A stretch of DNA of 64,000 bases from Candidatus Poribacteria bacterium. Lineage in GTDB: Bacteria; Poribacteria; WGA-4E; WGA-3G. The notes beneath the pieces were generated by a model. It searched no databases and was not told the origin of the DNA. It saw nothing but the letters and a program-made list of their open reading frames with translations. This document shows, one piece after another, positions 31,127-39,375 of this stretch; positions within the stretch are counted from its first letter, which is position 1; each line of letters starts with the position of its first letter. A program made the translations under genes and the position numbers. The DNA is taken from NCBI GenBank assembly GCA_965205025.1, contig CBDBFU010000002.1:32001-96000 (forward strand). The letters run 5' to 3'.

Positions 31127-31429
31127 CTATAGATACTTGACTCTCCCTGTCCGGACATCTTCAAGTGCTTCTTTACGAAATTTATCAAGCTTCCCAGCTT
31201 TCACATCCGCCTCAAACTGCTTCTCCCAGGCTTCTTCTTCAGCAACGAGTGTCTCATGTAGTTTTTTTTCGAGGATTTTTAGCAGCACGGATTCTGTGGA
31301 AGCCTCACATTTGACTTTTGGAACCTCTGGAATCCACCCGATCCAGTTGGTTCCGTTGCATTGGATGTTGGCGGTATAAGTCTCCCCAAAGACTTTGTCT
31401 TGAATTTCGACCTTCTTTATTTGCTCCAT
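31127..31429 (-). CDS. Antitoxin-like protein: HicB-like N-terminus + 'WxxQFEADVKAGKLD' helical C-terminus
   Basis: YTANIQ..WIGWIPEVPKVKCEAST..L resembles the HicB partial RNase H fold. The C-terminus resembles antitoxins found upstream of ParE/RelE-like toxins. AGGAGAG lies upstream. Confidence 0.7.
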   Translation of the reverse strand: MEQIKKVEIQDKVFGETYTANIQCNGTNWIGWIPEVPKVKCEASTESVLLKILEKKLHETLVAEEEAWEKQFEADVKAGKLDKFRKEALEDVRTGRVKYL

Positions 31430-31646
31430 GATTTGTTCTATGGTTCTCTCCTTATTGACAGAACTTTTAGCGAGAAAATTAAGAGTTCAAAGTAAATATG
31501 CCCCTGAAGTAGAAAAAATGGGACATACAATACTTTTTCCTATTTTACCACAACCTCATATTTTATTCAATCTGACCTTCATAGTTAAATAAGGTTATTT
31601 ATTTTAATGAATTATCAGTTTCTGAGTGTTACTGATAATTTATTTC

Positions 31647-31978
31647 GTAGTTTGGGTTGAACCACAGGTGAAACCCAACATTTCGTGTATGCTTAGTGTT
31701 AAATCTTGAGGTTCGTTCCTCAATCCAACCATAGGCGTCAATTTAGGGATACACCTTTCGCCCCGCAAATCAACGGTATGAATGCCTTATGGCATTCACC
31801 GGGGCTTGGGATATTGGTGATAACGACTTCTATAGACATTCCGTCCCTATGGGACTCAATTATTGTGCTTACACATTTTCTATAAACATTCCGTCCCTAT
31901 GGGACTCAATTTACCAAAACCAAGAGTTTCATTTCCTAAAATTGTCGCTAATGGTTCGTTCCACAATCCAACCTACAG
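31647..31978. mobile_element. GTAG-type REP pair interrupted by a MITE-like insert (31731-31952)
   Basis: Insert ends ATAGGCGTCAATTT / AAATTGTCGCTAAT; flanking 21-bp direct repeat GGTTCGTTCC(T/A)CAATCCAACC; two internal TAxACATTCCGTCCCTATGGGACTC copies. Confidence 0.75.
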
Positions 31979-32169
31979 GTAGTTGATATAGAAATGTGAA
32001 AGAATAGCAGAATAAACGAAAACTAAATAACCCTAATATGTTCTGAGCAGATATTTTACTTGACACAAATCTATTTGTGATTTAATTTAGTGTGTAATAC
32101 ATCAAGTCAACAAATGTGTAAGGAAAACTTCACAAGCAAACACGAGTCGATGCGCGAGGTTATGTATAG

Positions 32170-32977
32170 ATGGGAATTCTAACGACAGATCAGCGTAAGC
32201 AGTGGAAGACAGAGGGTTATCTCGTTTTGAAAGAAGTACTCTCGTTTGAAGAAGTGCAAGCTTTGAGAGCGACAGTAGATGAAATGGACGCGGGAGTTTC
32301 GGAAAGGGGAGAACGTTACTGCGGATTCTGTTTTCGACAGGCGGAATGTGATGGAAGATAATGACATTTTTGTCAATCTGATGGATCATCCGGTGACATT
32401 TCCGATCGTACGTGAGTTGTTAGGTGATTACATACAGTTGAGTATGTCCGAGGTTATCGTCCGTCCCCCGAATCCGAAAGACCAAGGTTATCTGCATACC
32501 GACGGCGGACAAGCGATGCGAACTATTCGGGTCAGCAGATCGAGTTCACCACTGCAAGTCAAAATCCACTATTTCTTGACGGATCTTGAACGTCCAGACA
32601 GTGGGAACTTCACCGTTGTGCCGGGTAGCCACAATCGGACTTTTCCAGCAACGGGAGTCAAGGACGGAGCCTATATCCCTGAAGCCATCCAGTTATGCGT
32701 GAAAGCAGGAGATGCTGCCTTTTTTCCACACGCCTTATGGCACGGTGTTGTCGCAAATCGGTCAGAACAACCTCGAAAGACCTTGATCTATTGCTACAGC
32801 CACCAGTGCTTCCGTCCCTTTGACTACGAAAAGGCAACACCAGAACTTATGGAGCGATGCACGCCTCGCCAACGTCGGTTAATTGGAGATATCGGTGATT
32901 GGAAACCGGGTTCCTACTTCTATTCTCCAGGCGATCAAGAAAAGGTTATCGACGGATTAGAGGAAGTGGAAGATTAG
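32170..32977 (+). pseudogene. Phytanoyl-CoA dioxygenase (PhyH) family Fe(II)/2OG oxygenase with a +1 frameshift
   Basis: N-terminus LTTDQRKQWKTEGYLVL is in one frame; HTD, VVPGSH and LWHG..NRS..R are in the next. Removing one G at 32292-32294 gives ..DEMDAEFRKGE.. May be a sequencing error. Confidence 0.8.
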
Positions 32978-33001
32978 TCAGTCAATTTCAACGACGACAT
33001 A

Positions 33002-34021
33002 ATGATAAAAACAGAATCTCAATTAGAATCATATTTATCCGAACCGTCAGATGAAGTGATATCCGCTATTGCATCGCTTGAAGGCGATATTCTTATTCTG
33101 GGTGTTGGTGGTAAAATGGGACCGTCACTTGCTAAACAGGCAAAACGCGCTATTGATTCTGCGGGGATTGACAAAAAAGTTATAGGTGTTTCCCGCTTTT
33201 CGACCCCCGGTATTCAGTTGTCATTAATAGATGCAGGGATTGAGACTATTATCGCAAATCTACTCCGAGAAGATAATCTGAAAGACCTACCGGATATTCA
33301 AAATGTCATTTTTATGGCAGGTCGAAAGTTCGGATCAACTGATAACGAAGGTTTGACATGGGCAATAAACACCTATCTACCGGGACGTATTGCAGAAAAG
33401 TTCAGAGACTCTCGGTTAGTTGTTTTTTCTACAGGAAATGTGTATCCTTTGACACAAATTTCACACGGTGGTGCAACAGAATCTACAGAAGTAAATCCAA
33501 TTGGTGAATATGCGCAATCGTGTCTTGGGAGAGAACGGATATTTGAGCATTTCTCAGCACAATTCGGAACGCCGATGACTATTTTGCGTCTGAACTATGC
33601 AATTGATCTACGTTATGGTATACTACTCGACATAGCTGAGAAAGTATACGCTGAAGAACCAATTTCTCTTGAAATGGGACATGTAAATGTAATTTGGCAA
33701 AGGGATGCGAATGCTGTTGCTCTGCAATCTCTTGCACACTGCCAAACACCTCCACTGATTCTCAACGTAACTGGTCCTGAGATAATTTCTATTCGACATC
33801 TCGCCTTGCAATTTGGCGATATTTTCAACAAGACAATCCAACTTGAAGGTGAAGAATCTGAAACAGCATTACTTAGCAACGCGGGATTATGCCATCGGTT
33901 GTTTGGTTATCCACGAGTTTCGTTAGGGCAGATGATTGAATGGATTTCAGAGTGGGTGTTAAGTGGTGGGAAAACTTACGAAAAACCGACTCATTTTGAA
34001 GTGCGTGATGGGAGATTTTAA
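33002..34021 (+). CDS. NAD-dependent epimerase/dehydratase family protein
   Basis: ILGVGGKMG, GVSRFS, MAGRKFG, FSTGNVY, GEYAQSCLGRE, RLNYA. Confidence 0.88.
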   Translation: MIKTESQLESYLSEPSDEVISAIASLEGDILILGVGGKMGPSLAKQAKRAIDSAGIDKKVIGVSRFSTPGIQLSLIDAGIETIIANLLREDNLKDLPDIQNVIFMAGRKFGSTDNEGLTWAINTYLPGRIAEKFRDSRLVVFSTGNVYPLTQISHGGATESTEVNPIGEYAQSCLGRERIFEHFSAQFGTPMTILRLNYAIDLRYGILLDIAEKVYAEEPISLEMGHVNVIWQRDANAVALQSLAHCQTPPLILNVTGPEIISIRHLALQFGDIFNKTIQLEGEESETALLSNAGLCHRLFGYPRVSLGQMIEWISEWVLSGGKTYEKPTHFEVRDGRF

Positions 34022-34067
34022 GACTGAATTTGAATAATTCAGGACAATTAACCTAAATTGACAAAAA

Positions 34068-35033
34068 ATGCGAAACTTGTTAATATATCATATAGGTTTA
34101 ATACTATTATCCCTTAATGGGGTAGTAATTAATAACGCTTTTTCTAATGTAGTTCCACCAGTTCCTATTGTATTCGCTTCAGATATTAACGACAATTGGG
34201 AAATATACCTTACAGATTCAGACGGTAAGTTGCCTGTCAATCTCACACATAATCCTGAAGCGGATTACTATCCAATGTGGTCACCTGACACCACAAAAAT
34301 TGCCTTCTTCTCCCGTCGAGACGGTAATCATGAAATATATGTGATGCGGGTAGATGGGACACATCAGAGACGACTAACACACCATCCTGCAGCAGATAAA
34401 GCTCCATCATGGTCTCCTGATGGCAAACGTATAGTTTTTATCTCAAATAGGGAAGGTTTTTTTAATATCTATCTGCTTGAATTAGAGAGCGGAATAGTAG
34501 AACAAATTACGACTAACACCTTTGAAGATGAAGCACCGATCTGGTCTCCACATGGAGATTATTTAGTATTTCACTCAAAACGGAATCTAAACTGGGATAT
34601 CTATACAATAAATGTAAATACCCGTAAAGAACAAAGATTGACGAAACAGCGATTAATGGATACTTATCCTGCTTGGTCTCCTGATGGCAAACATATCGTA
34701 TACTCCTCTATGCGACAAGATGTTGATCAGGCAGATTTTGATCTTTATGTGATGGATGCTGCTGATGGTGGTAATAAAAAACCGCTAACAGATACATTAT
34801 TTGATGAAGCGGTACCGTCATGGTCACCGGATGGTAGCACAATTGCATTTCAATCCGAACAAGATGGTAGATGGGTAATTCATTTGATGAATGCTGACGG
34901 AAGTGATCGACGTGAACTAATTGACAATGGGGCATGGGCTGCACAACCAAAATGGCAACCTGATACCCAACAACTGCCTGTGAAACCTATATTTATTCAG
35001 GCACAACAATGGGGTAAACTTAAAACTCAATAA
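34068..35033 (+). CDS. Secreted TolB-like beta-propeller (PD40 repeats) with C-terminal WGKLK tail
   Basis: Repeated PxWSPDG..I.F.S units; signal peptide; ends PVKP..QQWGKLKTQ. Confidence 0.88.
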   Translation: MRNLLIYHIGLILLSLNGVVINNAFSNVVPPVPIVFASDINDNWEIYLTDSDGKLPVNLTHNPEADYYPMWSPDTTKIAFFSRRDGNHEIYVMRVDGTHQRRLTHHPAADKAPSWSPDGKRIVFISNREGFFNIYLLELESGIVEQITTNTFEDEAPIWSPHGDYLVFHSKRNLNWDIYTINVNTRKEQRLTKQRLMDTYPAWSPDGKHIVYSSMRQDVDQADFDLYVMDAADGGNKKPLTDTLFDEAVPSWSPDGSTIAFQSEQDGRWVIHLMNADGSDRRELIDNGAWAAQPKWQPDTQQLPVKPIFIQAQQWGKLKTQ

Positions 35034-35080
35034 CAATAAATAAAAGTGTAATTTCTACACCTATATTTAGGAGATATATT

Positions 35081-35731
35081 ATGCAGACAAAGTTGTATCT
35101 ATTAGGGATTTTTCTTTTAGTCGGTTTTTTAATGGTAAACAATATCAGTTTCAGTTATGACCGTGCGTTTGAAGCAGAAAAAGCAGACACACTTGAGGCA
35201 CCAATGGTAGTAGCAGAAGAAGCCGAAGCATCTGATGGGAAATACATTTGGATGGAAGGTGAACCGGCAACTGGTGGTGGTGATCAAGGTTGGGCAGAAT
35301 ATAAACTTGATATTCCAACTGCCGGCACATACGCACTCTGGGCAAGAGTATTTGTGTGGGATGGAAATAGTGATTCCTTTTGGGTCACATGGCAACCTGC
35401 CGATCCAGATGAAGACGCACAACAAACCAAAAACACAGAATACCGTTGGAGTATTGGTAAGAAAAATGAATGGCATTGGGATCGAATCAACCACTGGTTA
35501 AATAGTGGGACATTCGACAGAGAATGGGATTTACCGGCTGGAGAATCCACTCTCCGTATTGCCGTTAGAGAAGATGGAGCTAAGTTAGATGTGGTTTTCC
35601 TTACTGACAATCTGTCTGCAGATGAAGCAGATGTCAATCCGCGCCTACCTGGACCTGAAGATAATACCACCCCTGTTGAAGCGAAAGAGAAACTTACGAC
35701 CACCTGGGGTAAAATAAAAAATCAGAGATAG
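35081..35731 (+). CDS. Secreted jelly-roll/CBM-like protein with C-terminal TTWGKIK tail (paralogue 1)
   Basis: Signal peptide; FEAE, GTYALWARV..DSFWV..WHW..REDGAKLD; tail VEAKEKLTTTWGKIK. Confidence 0.8.
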   Translation: MQTKLYLLGIFLLVGFLMVNNISFSYDRAFEAEKADTLEAPMVVAEEAEASDGKYIWMEGEPATGGGDQGWAEYKLDIPTAGTYALWARVFVWDGNSDSFWVTWQPADPDEDAQQTKNTEYRWSIGKKNEWHWDRINHWLNSGTFDREWDLPAGESTLRIAVREDGAKLDVVFLTDNLSADEADVNPRLPGPEDNTTPVEAKEKLTTTWGKIKNQR

Positions 35732-35793
35732 AATAACTCAAGGAGAGTGGTAATTAATAGCCACTCTCATTCTCAAATAGAAAGGAGTTCCTG

Positions 35794-36459
35794 ATGAAAA
35801 ATAGTATTTTACTTCTAATGGTTATATTTACAGTTGCCGTAATATTAAATCTTGAAGCTGAGGTAGAAATTGCTCTTGAAGCAGAATTAGCAAATGTCAT
35901 CCAAGCACCAATGGTAATAGCAGAAGATAAATTGGTATCTGATGGAAAATATGTTTGGATGGAAGGGGCACCGGCAACTGGTGGTGGTGATCAAGGTTGG
36001 GTAGAATTCATAATTAATCTACCTGAATCCGGAAAGTATGCACTCTGGGGACATACATTTGCATGGGATGGAAACAGTGACTCTTTCTGGGTGACTTGGC
36101 AACCTGCTGATCCAGATGAAAATGCTCAACAGACGAAAAACACACAGTATAGGTGGAGCATTGGCACTAAGAACGTATGGCATTGGGATCGAATCAATCA
36201 CTGGTTAAATGCTGGTACATTTGATAGAGAATGGAAGTTTGATAAAGCCGGTGAGACGGTTTTACGTATCGCTGTTCGTGAAGATGCAACGAAATTGGAT
36301 GCTATTTTCGTCACTTCAAATGAGAATGCGGTTGATTCAGGTGCTGCAAATGTGCGGCTTCCAACAGAAGAAGATCGGAAGAGACAGGTATCGGGATTAG
36401 CGGTTCATGCCAAAGGAAAGGCAACAACCACTTGGGGTTCACTGAAGATGGCATATTGA
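35794..36459 (+). CDS. Secreted jelly-roll/CBM-like protein with C-terminal TTWGSLK tail (paralogue 2)
   Basis: Clear tandem paralogue of 35081-35731; RBS AGGAG; tail AVHAKGKATTTWGSLK. Confidence 0.8.
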   Translation: MKNSILLLMVIFTVAVILNLEAEVEIALEAELANVIQAPMVIAEDKLVSDGKYVWMEGAPATGGGDQGWVEFIINLPESGKYALWGHTFAWDGNSDSFWVTWQPADPDENAQQTKNTQYRWSIGTKNVWHWDRINHWLNAGTFDREWKFDKAGETVLRIAVREDATKLDAIFVTSNENAVDSGAANVRLPTEEDRKRQVSGLAVHAKGKATTTWGSLKMAY

Positions 36460-36865
36460 TAGATCTCAAGAGTTCTTGTCTATCTGAAATATCATACATT
36501 GGAATATTCTGATCCAACAAATCAGATGTATCGTGATTAAGGAAAGAGGTGGAATAAGCCTTTTTCCTTATGAAACGATTGTTTAAAAACATGTAGAAAT
36601 GATCATGATAGTAATTGACACTCCACTTTTCAAATCCTCGTTCAAACTCAACTATTCTTTTTGGCGTACCAAGTTTGAATTGTAACTTCTCCCCCGTATG
36701 TCTATCCTGTCTAACAAGTGTGTGTGTCACATAAGCCAGTCCCGCCAGAATCCCAGCAAGAGTTAGTTTTCCTCTCAGTTTGACAGATATCCCTTCCGCA
36801 CGTATACTGAAACATCCTACCATACCAACTATTAATATAAGTGAAATTGCTTTATTTACTTTCAT
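36311..36865 (-). CDS. Hypothetical exported/membrane protein
   Basis: Signal-peptide-like N-terminus plus a second hydrophobic segment. The 3' end overlaps the convergent gene by 149 bp, so the C-terminus is doubtful. Confidence 0.45.
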   Translation of the reverse strand: MKVNKAISLILIVGMVGCFSIRAEGISVKLRGKLTLAGILAGLAYVTHTLVRQDRHTGEKLQFKLGTPKRIVEFERGFEKWSVNYYHDHFYMFLNNRFIRKKAYSTSFLNHDTSDLLDQNIPMYDISDRQELLRSINMPSSVNPKWLLPFLWHEPLIPIPVSSDLLLLEAAHLQHLNQPHSHLK

Positions 36866-36908
36866 TTCTTTTTATTTATGAAATATTACACTTTTATCTG
36901 TGTTATTC

Positions 36909-36937
36909 TTGACAAAAACTAATATAGTGGGTATCCT
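36909..36937 (+). promoter_or_regulatory. Putative sigma70 promoter of nadA
   Basis: TTGACA-17 bp-TATCCT. Confidence 0.55.
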
Positions 36938-37088
36938 AATAAGAATAATGAAGATTTGCTAATAAAGTCTGTATGCATCCATACACTTATTATACCTAAT
37001 TAGCGGTATTTAAGGAATTACGGATTCAAACAGTACAGTTGATAAATACCTTCAACATCCATTAGCGAAAACTTGGAGCGTGATTAGC

Positions 37089-38207
37089 ATGCATCCTACG
37101 GGAAAAACTCCCAATGCAGAGAAACCCCTGAATGGTAGTAAGGAACTGTCACTTGAGGACGTTAAAACCGAGTTACATAAACGACACCACCCGAGTTTAA
37201 CATCACTTGATATAGAAGCACACGCAAGAACTGTTCATAAGATACGAATATTAAAAGAAAAGCATGACGTTGTGATGTTAGGACACAACTACATGGAACC
37301 TTTAGTATTTGGTTTATCCACGAAGGAGGAACAAGGTGACTCGTTAGGGTTGAGTATGTTTGCTGCGAAAACAGAAGCACCGTATCTCATCTTTAATGGG
37401 GTACCATTTATGGCAGAAACAGCTAAAATATTGAGTCCGGACAAAACTGTTTTAGTTGCAGATAAAACCGCTGGTTGTTCATTGGCAGATAACTTCGGTG
37501 CCGAAGATGTAAAGAAGTTAAAAGAACTATATCCTGGTGCCCCAGTAATGATTTATGTAAATAGTTATGCGGATGCCAAAGCAGAATCAGATATTTGTTG
37601 TACGTCTGCAAATGCTGCCCACATTGCAAAAACCATGCCTGGAGATACAATAATATTCGTACCTGACATTTTCTTCGCCCAAAACTTAGAAGAAGAGTTG
37701 AAGGGGGAGAAAAACGTGGTATACCCAGGTAAAGACAATACCGCGCGTGGTGCTGTCTGTGAAGTACATGAACGATTTACTCTGACAGATTTAGTTGCAA
37801 TCCGAGAATCCTTCGAGATTCCAAAAGGACATGAGCGCAGGAAATTATATGCCCACTGGGAATGCCGTCCAGATGTTCTAAAAGAAGCAGACTTCTACGG
37901 TAGCACAAGTCAAATCATGAAGGATATAGCTGTCCGAGTAGAAAAGGATCAATTAGAACGAGCATTTGTTGCCTCAGAGTGTGAATTAACCTCCAATTTA
38001 TCTCAAGAATTTCCACAAGTAGAGTTTTGGACAGCCTGCTCGGTACGATGTTCACACATGGCAAAAGTTCGCTTAGATAAAATTGCTAATATCTTAGAAG
38101 CGATTGATAACGGTGATGATCTTGACGAATACGAAGTGACATTGGATGCGGATGTTATTGATAAAGCGCGGTTACCGATAGAACGAATGCTTGAAGCAAG
38201 TGTGTAG
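37089..38207 (+). CDS. nadA: Quinolinate synthase
   Basis: LGHNYM, GDSL, FMAETAKILSP, GCSLA, YVNS, CTSANA, CEVH, HWEC, C.HM. Confidence 0.93.
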   Translation: MHPTGKTPNAEKPLNGSKELSLEDVKTELHKRHHPSLTSLDIEAHARTVHKIRILKEKHDVVMLGHNYMEPLVFGLSTKEEQGDSLGLSMFAAKTEAPYLIFNGVPFMAETAKILSPDKTVLVADKTAGCSLADNFGAEDVKKLKELYPGAPVMIYVNSYADAKAESDICCTSANAAHIAKTMPGDTIIFVPDIFFAQNLEEELKGEKNVVYPGKDNTARGAVCEVHERFTLTDLVAIRESFEIPKGHERRKLYAHWECRPDVLKEADFYGSTSQIMKDIAVRVEKDQLERAFVASECELTSNLSQEFPQVEFWTACSVRCSHMAKVRLDKIANILEAIDNGDDLDEYEVTLDADVIDKARLPIERMLEASV

Positions 38208-38256
38208 AGAATATATTTACTCCACACGATAAAATACATTTACGATTTATATTTTT

Positions 38257-38301
38257 AAACATAATGGGAAGCATGAATTTCATGCTTCCCATTATGTTTT
38301 T
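38257..38301. terminator. Bidirectional terminator between convergent nadA and porV-like gene
   Basis: AAACATAATGGGAAGCATGAA-loop-TTCATGCTTCCCATTATGTTTTT. Confidence 0.85.
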
Positions 38302-38364
38302 CAGTCAAAAAATAGAGAGTTTATGAACTACATAACCCTTTGTTGGAATATCTTTGATTGACTA

Positions 38365-39339
38365 TTAGAATCTTGTGATAACAGAGATTCTATGCGAATT
38401 CCCAACATAAGCGTCTGGAACAAAAGCATAATCAAATTGGAAGTCAATACCTGCTAATGAGTCCATGCCACTACGTCTTACACCCAGTCCGATTGACAAT
38501 CCGTCATTTGGGTTTTCATTTAATCCCACTCGATATCCAACACGTGCAGCAACGCTATTGAAAAACCATCGTTCGATACCGAGATGGAAACTTGGGTTGG
38601 CATCAATGAGTGGGAGATATGCATCTGCAACAAATGCCCAGACATCTTGATTCAACATAACATCTTCAGTGTCTGATTGTTGTTCATCCCATATTCTGTA
38701 AGCGAGTCCAGCACGAAGTGCCATCGGTAAATTTTCCTCTCCGCTCAATACACCTGCATTCTGCACAGTAAGTCCAACACCTAAATGATTGTCTATTAAT
38801 CGTAAAATTACACCGATATCCGCTCCGATACCATATATATTTTGTATATCCAATTGTTGTGATATTAACTTTGCAGTACCTCCGATTGAAGCCATGTTAC
38901 CAAGTGGGTACGCAAGAGATAACCCTGTAGCAAACCCACCAACCGTAACTGTGCTATCCGGGGTTTCAGTTGGTCCAATACGGCGTTCAATTTCAGTAAA
39001 ACTACCGAGAAAACTCGCTCCCCAGACCAATTGATTCGCGCGTTGTGCATACCCAATAGATTGATTGTTGATGTCAACAAACGAGAAATGCTGCATAGCC
39101 GTTAATTCTCGCGTTTGTACTGTTGTTAAACCCGCCGGATTCCAAAAAATAGTGTTAATATCATTGGCAAGTCCTGCGAATGCCCCACCCATACCGACAG
39201 GTCTGCTACCGGGTTCAATTTTGAGAAATGCCGCACCTGCCGTACCAGCACTATCATGGATATTATCAGCTGCATTACTATAGGGAATACACCATAGCAT
39301 ACAAAAAATAACGACGACTATAACCACACTCTTGTGCAT
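38365..39339 (-). CDS. PorV/PorQ-family (FadL-like) outer-membrane beta-barrel
   Basis: AAFLKIEPGSRPVGMGGAF..IFWNPAGL; C-terminal DYAF..SHRISVITRF; signal peptide. Confidence 0.85.
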   Translation of the reverse strand: MHKSVVIVVVIFCMLWCIPYSNAADNIHDSAGTAGAAFLKIEPGSRPVGMGGAFAGLANDINTIFWNPAGLTTVQTRELTAMQHFSFVDINNQSIGYAQRANQLVWGASFLGSFTEIERRIGPTETPDSTVTVGGFATGLSLAYPLGNMASIGGTAKLISQQLDIQNIYGIGADIGVILRLIDNHLGVGLTVQNAGVLSGEENLPMALRAGLAYRIWDEQQSDTEDVMLNQDVWAFVADAYLPLIDANPSFHLGIERWFFNSVAARVGYRVGLNENPNDGLSIGLGVRRSGMDSLAGIDFQFDYAFVPDAYVGNSHRISVITRF

Positions 39340-39375
39340 TATCTATCTCCTTTTCTGTTTTCCGTTATTGATGCC

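Noticed and set aside
35081-36459. Near-identical segments between the two paralogues as a possible DGR template/variable repeat
   Set aside because: Both copies are full genes, differences are not adenine-specific, and no reverse transcriptase is in the window.
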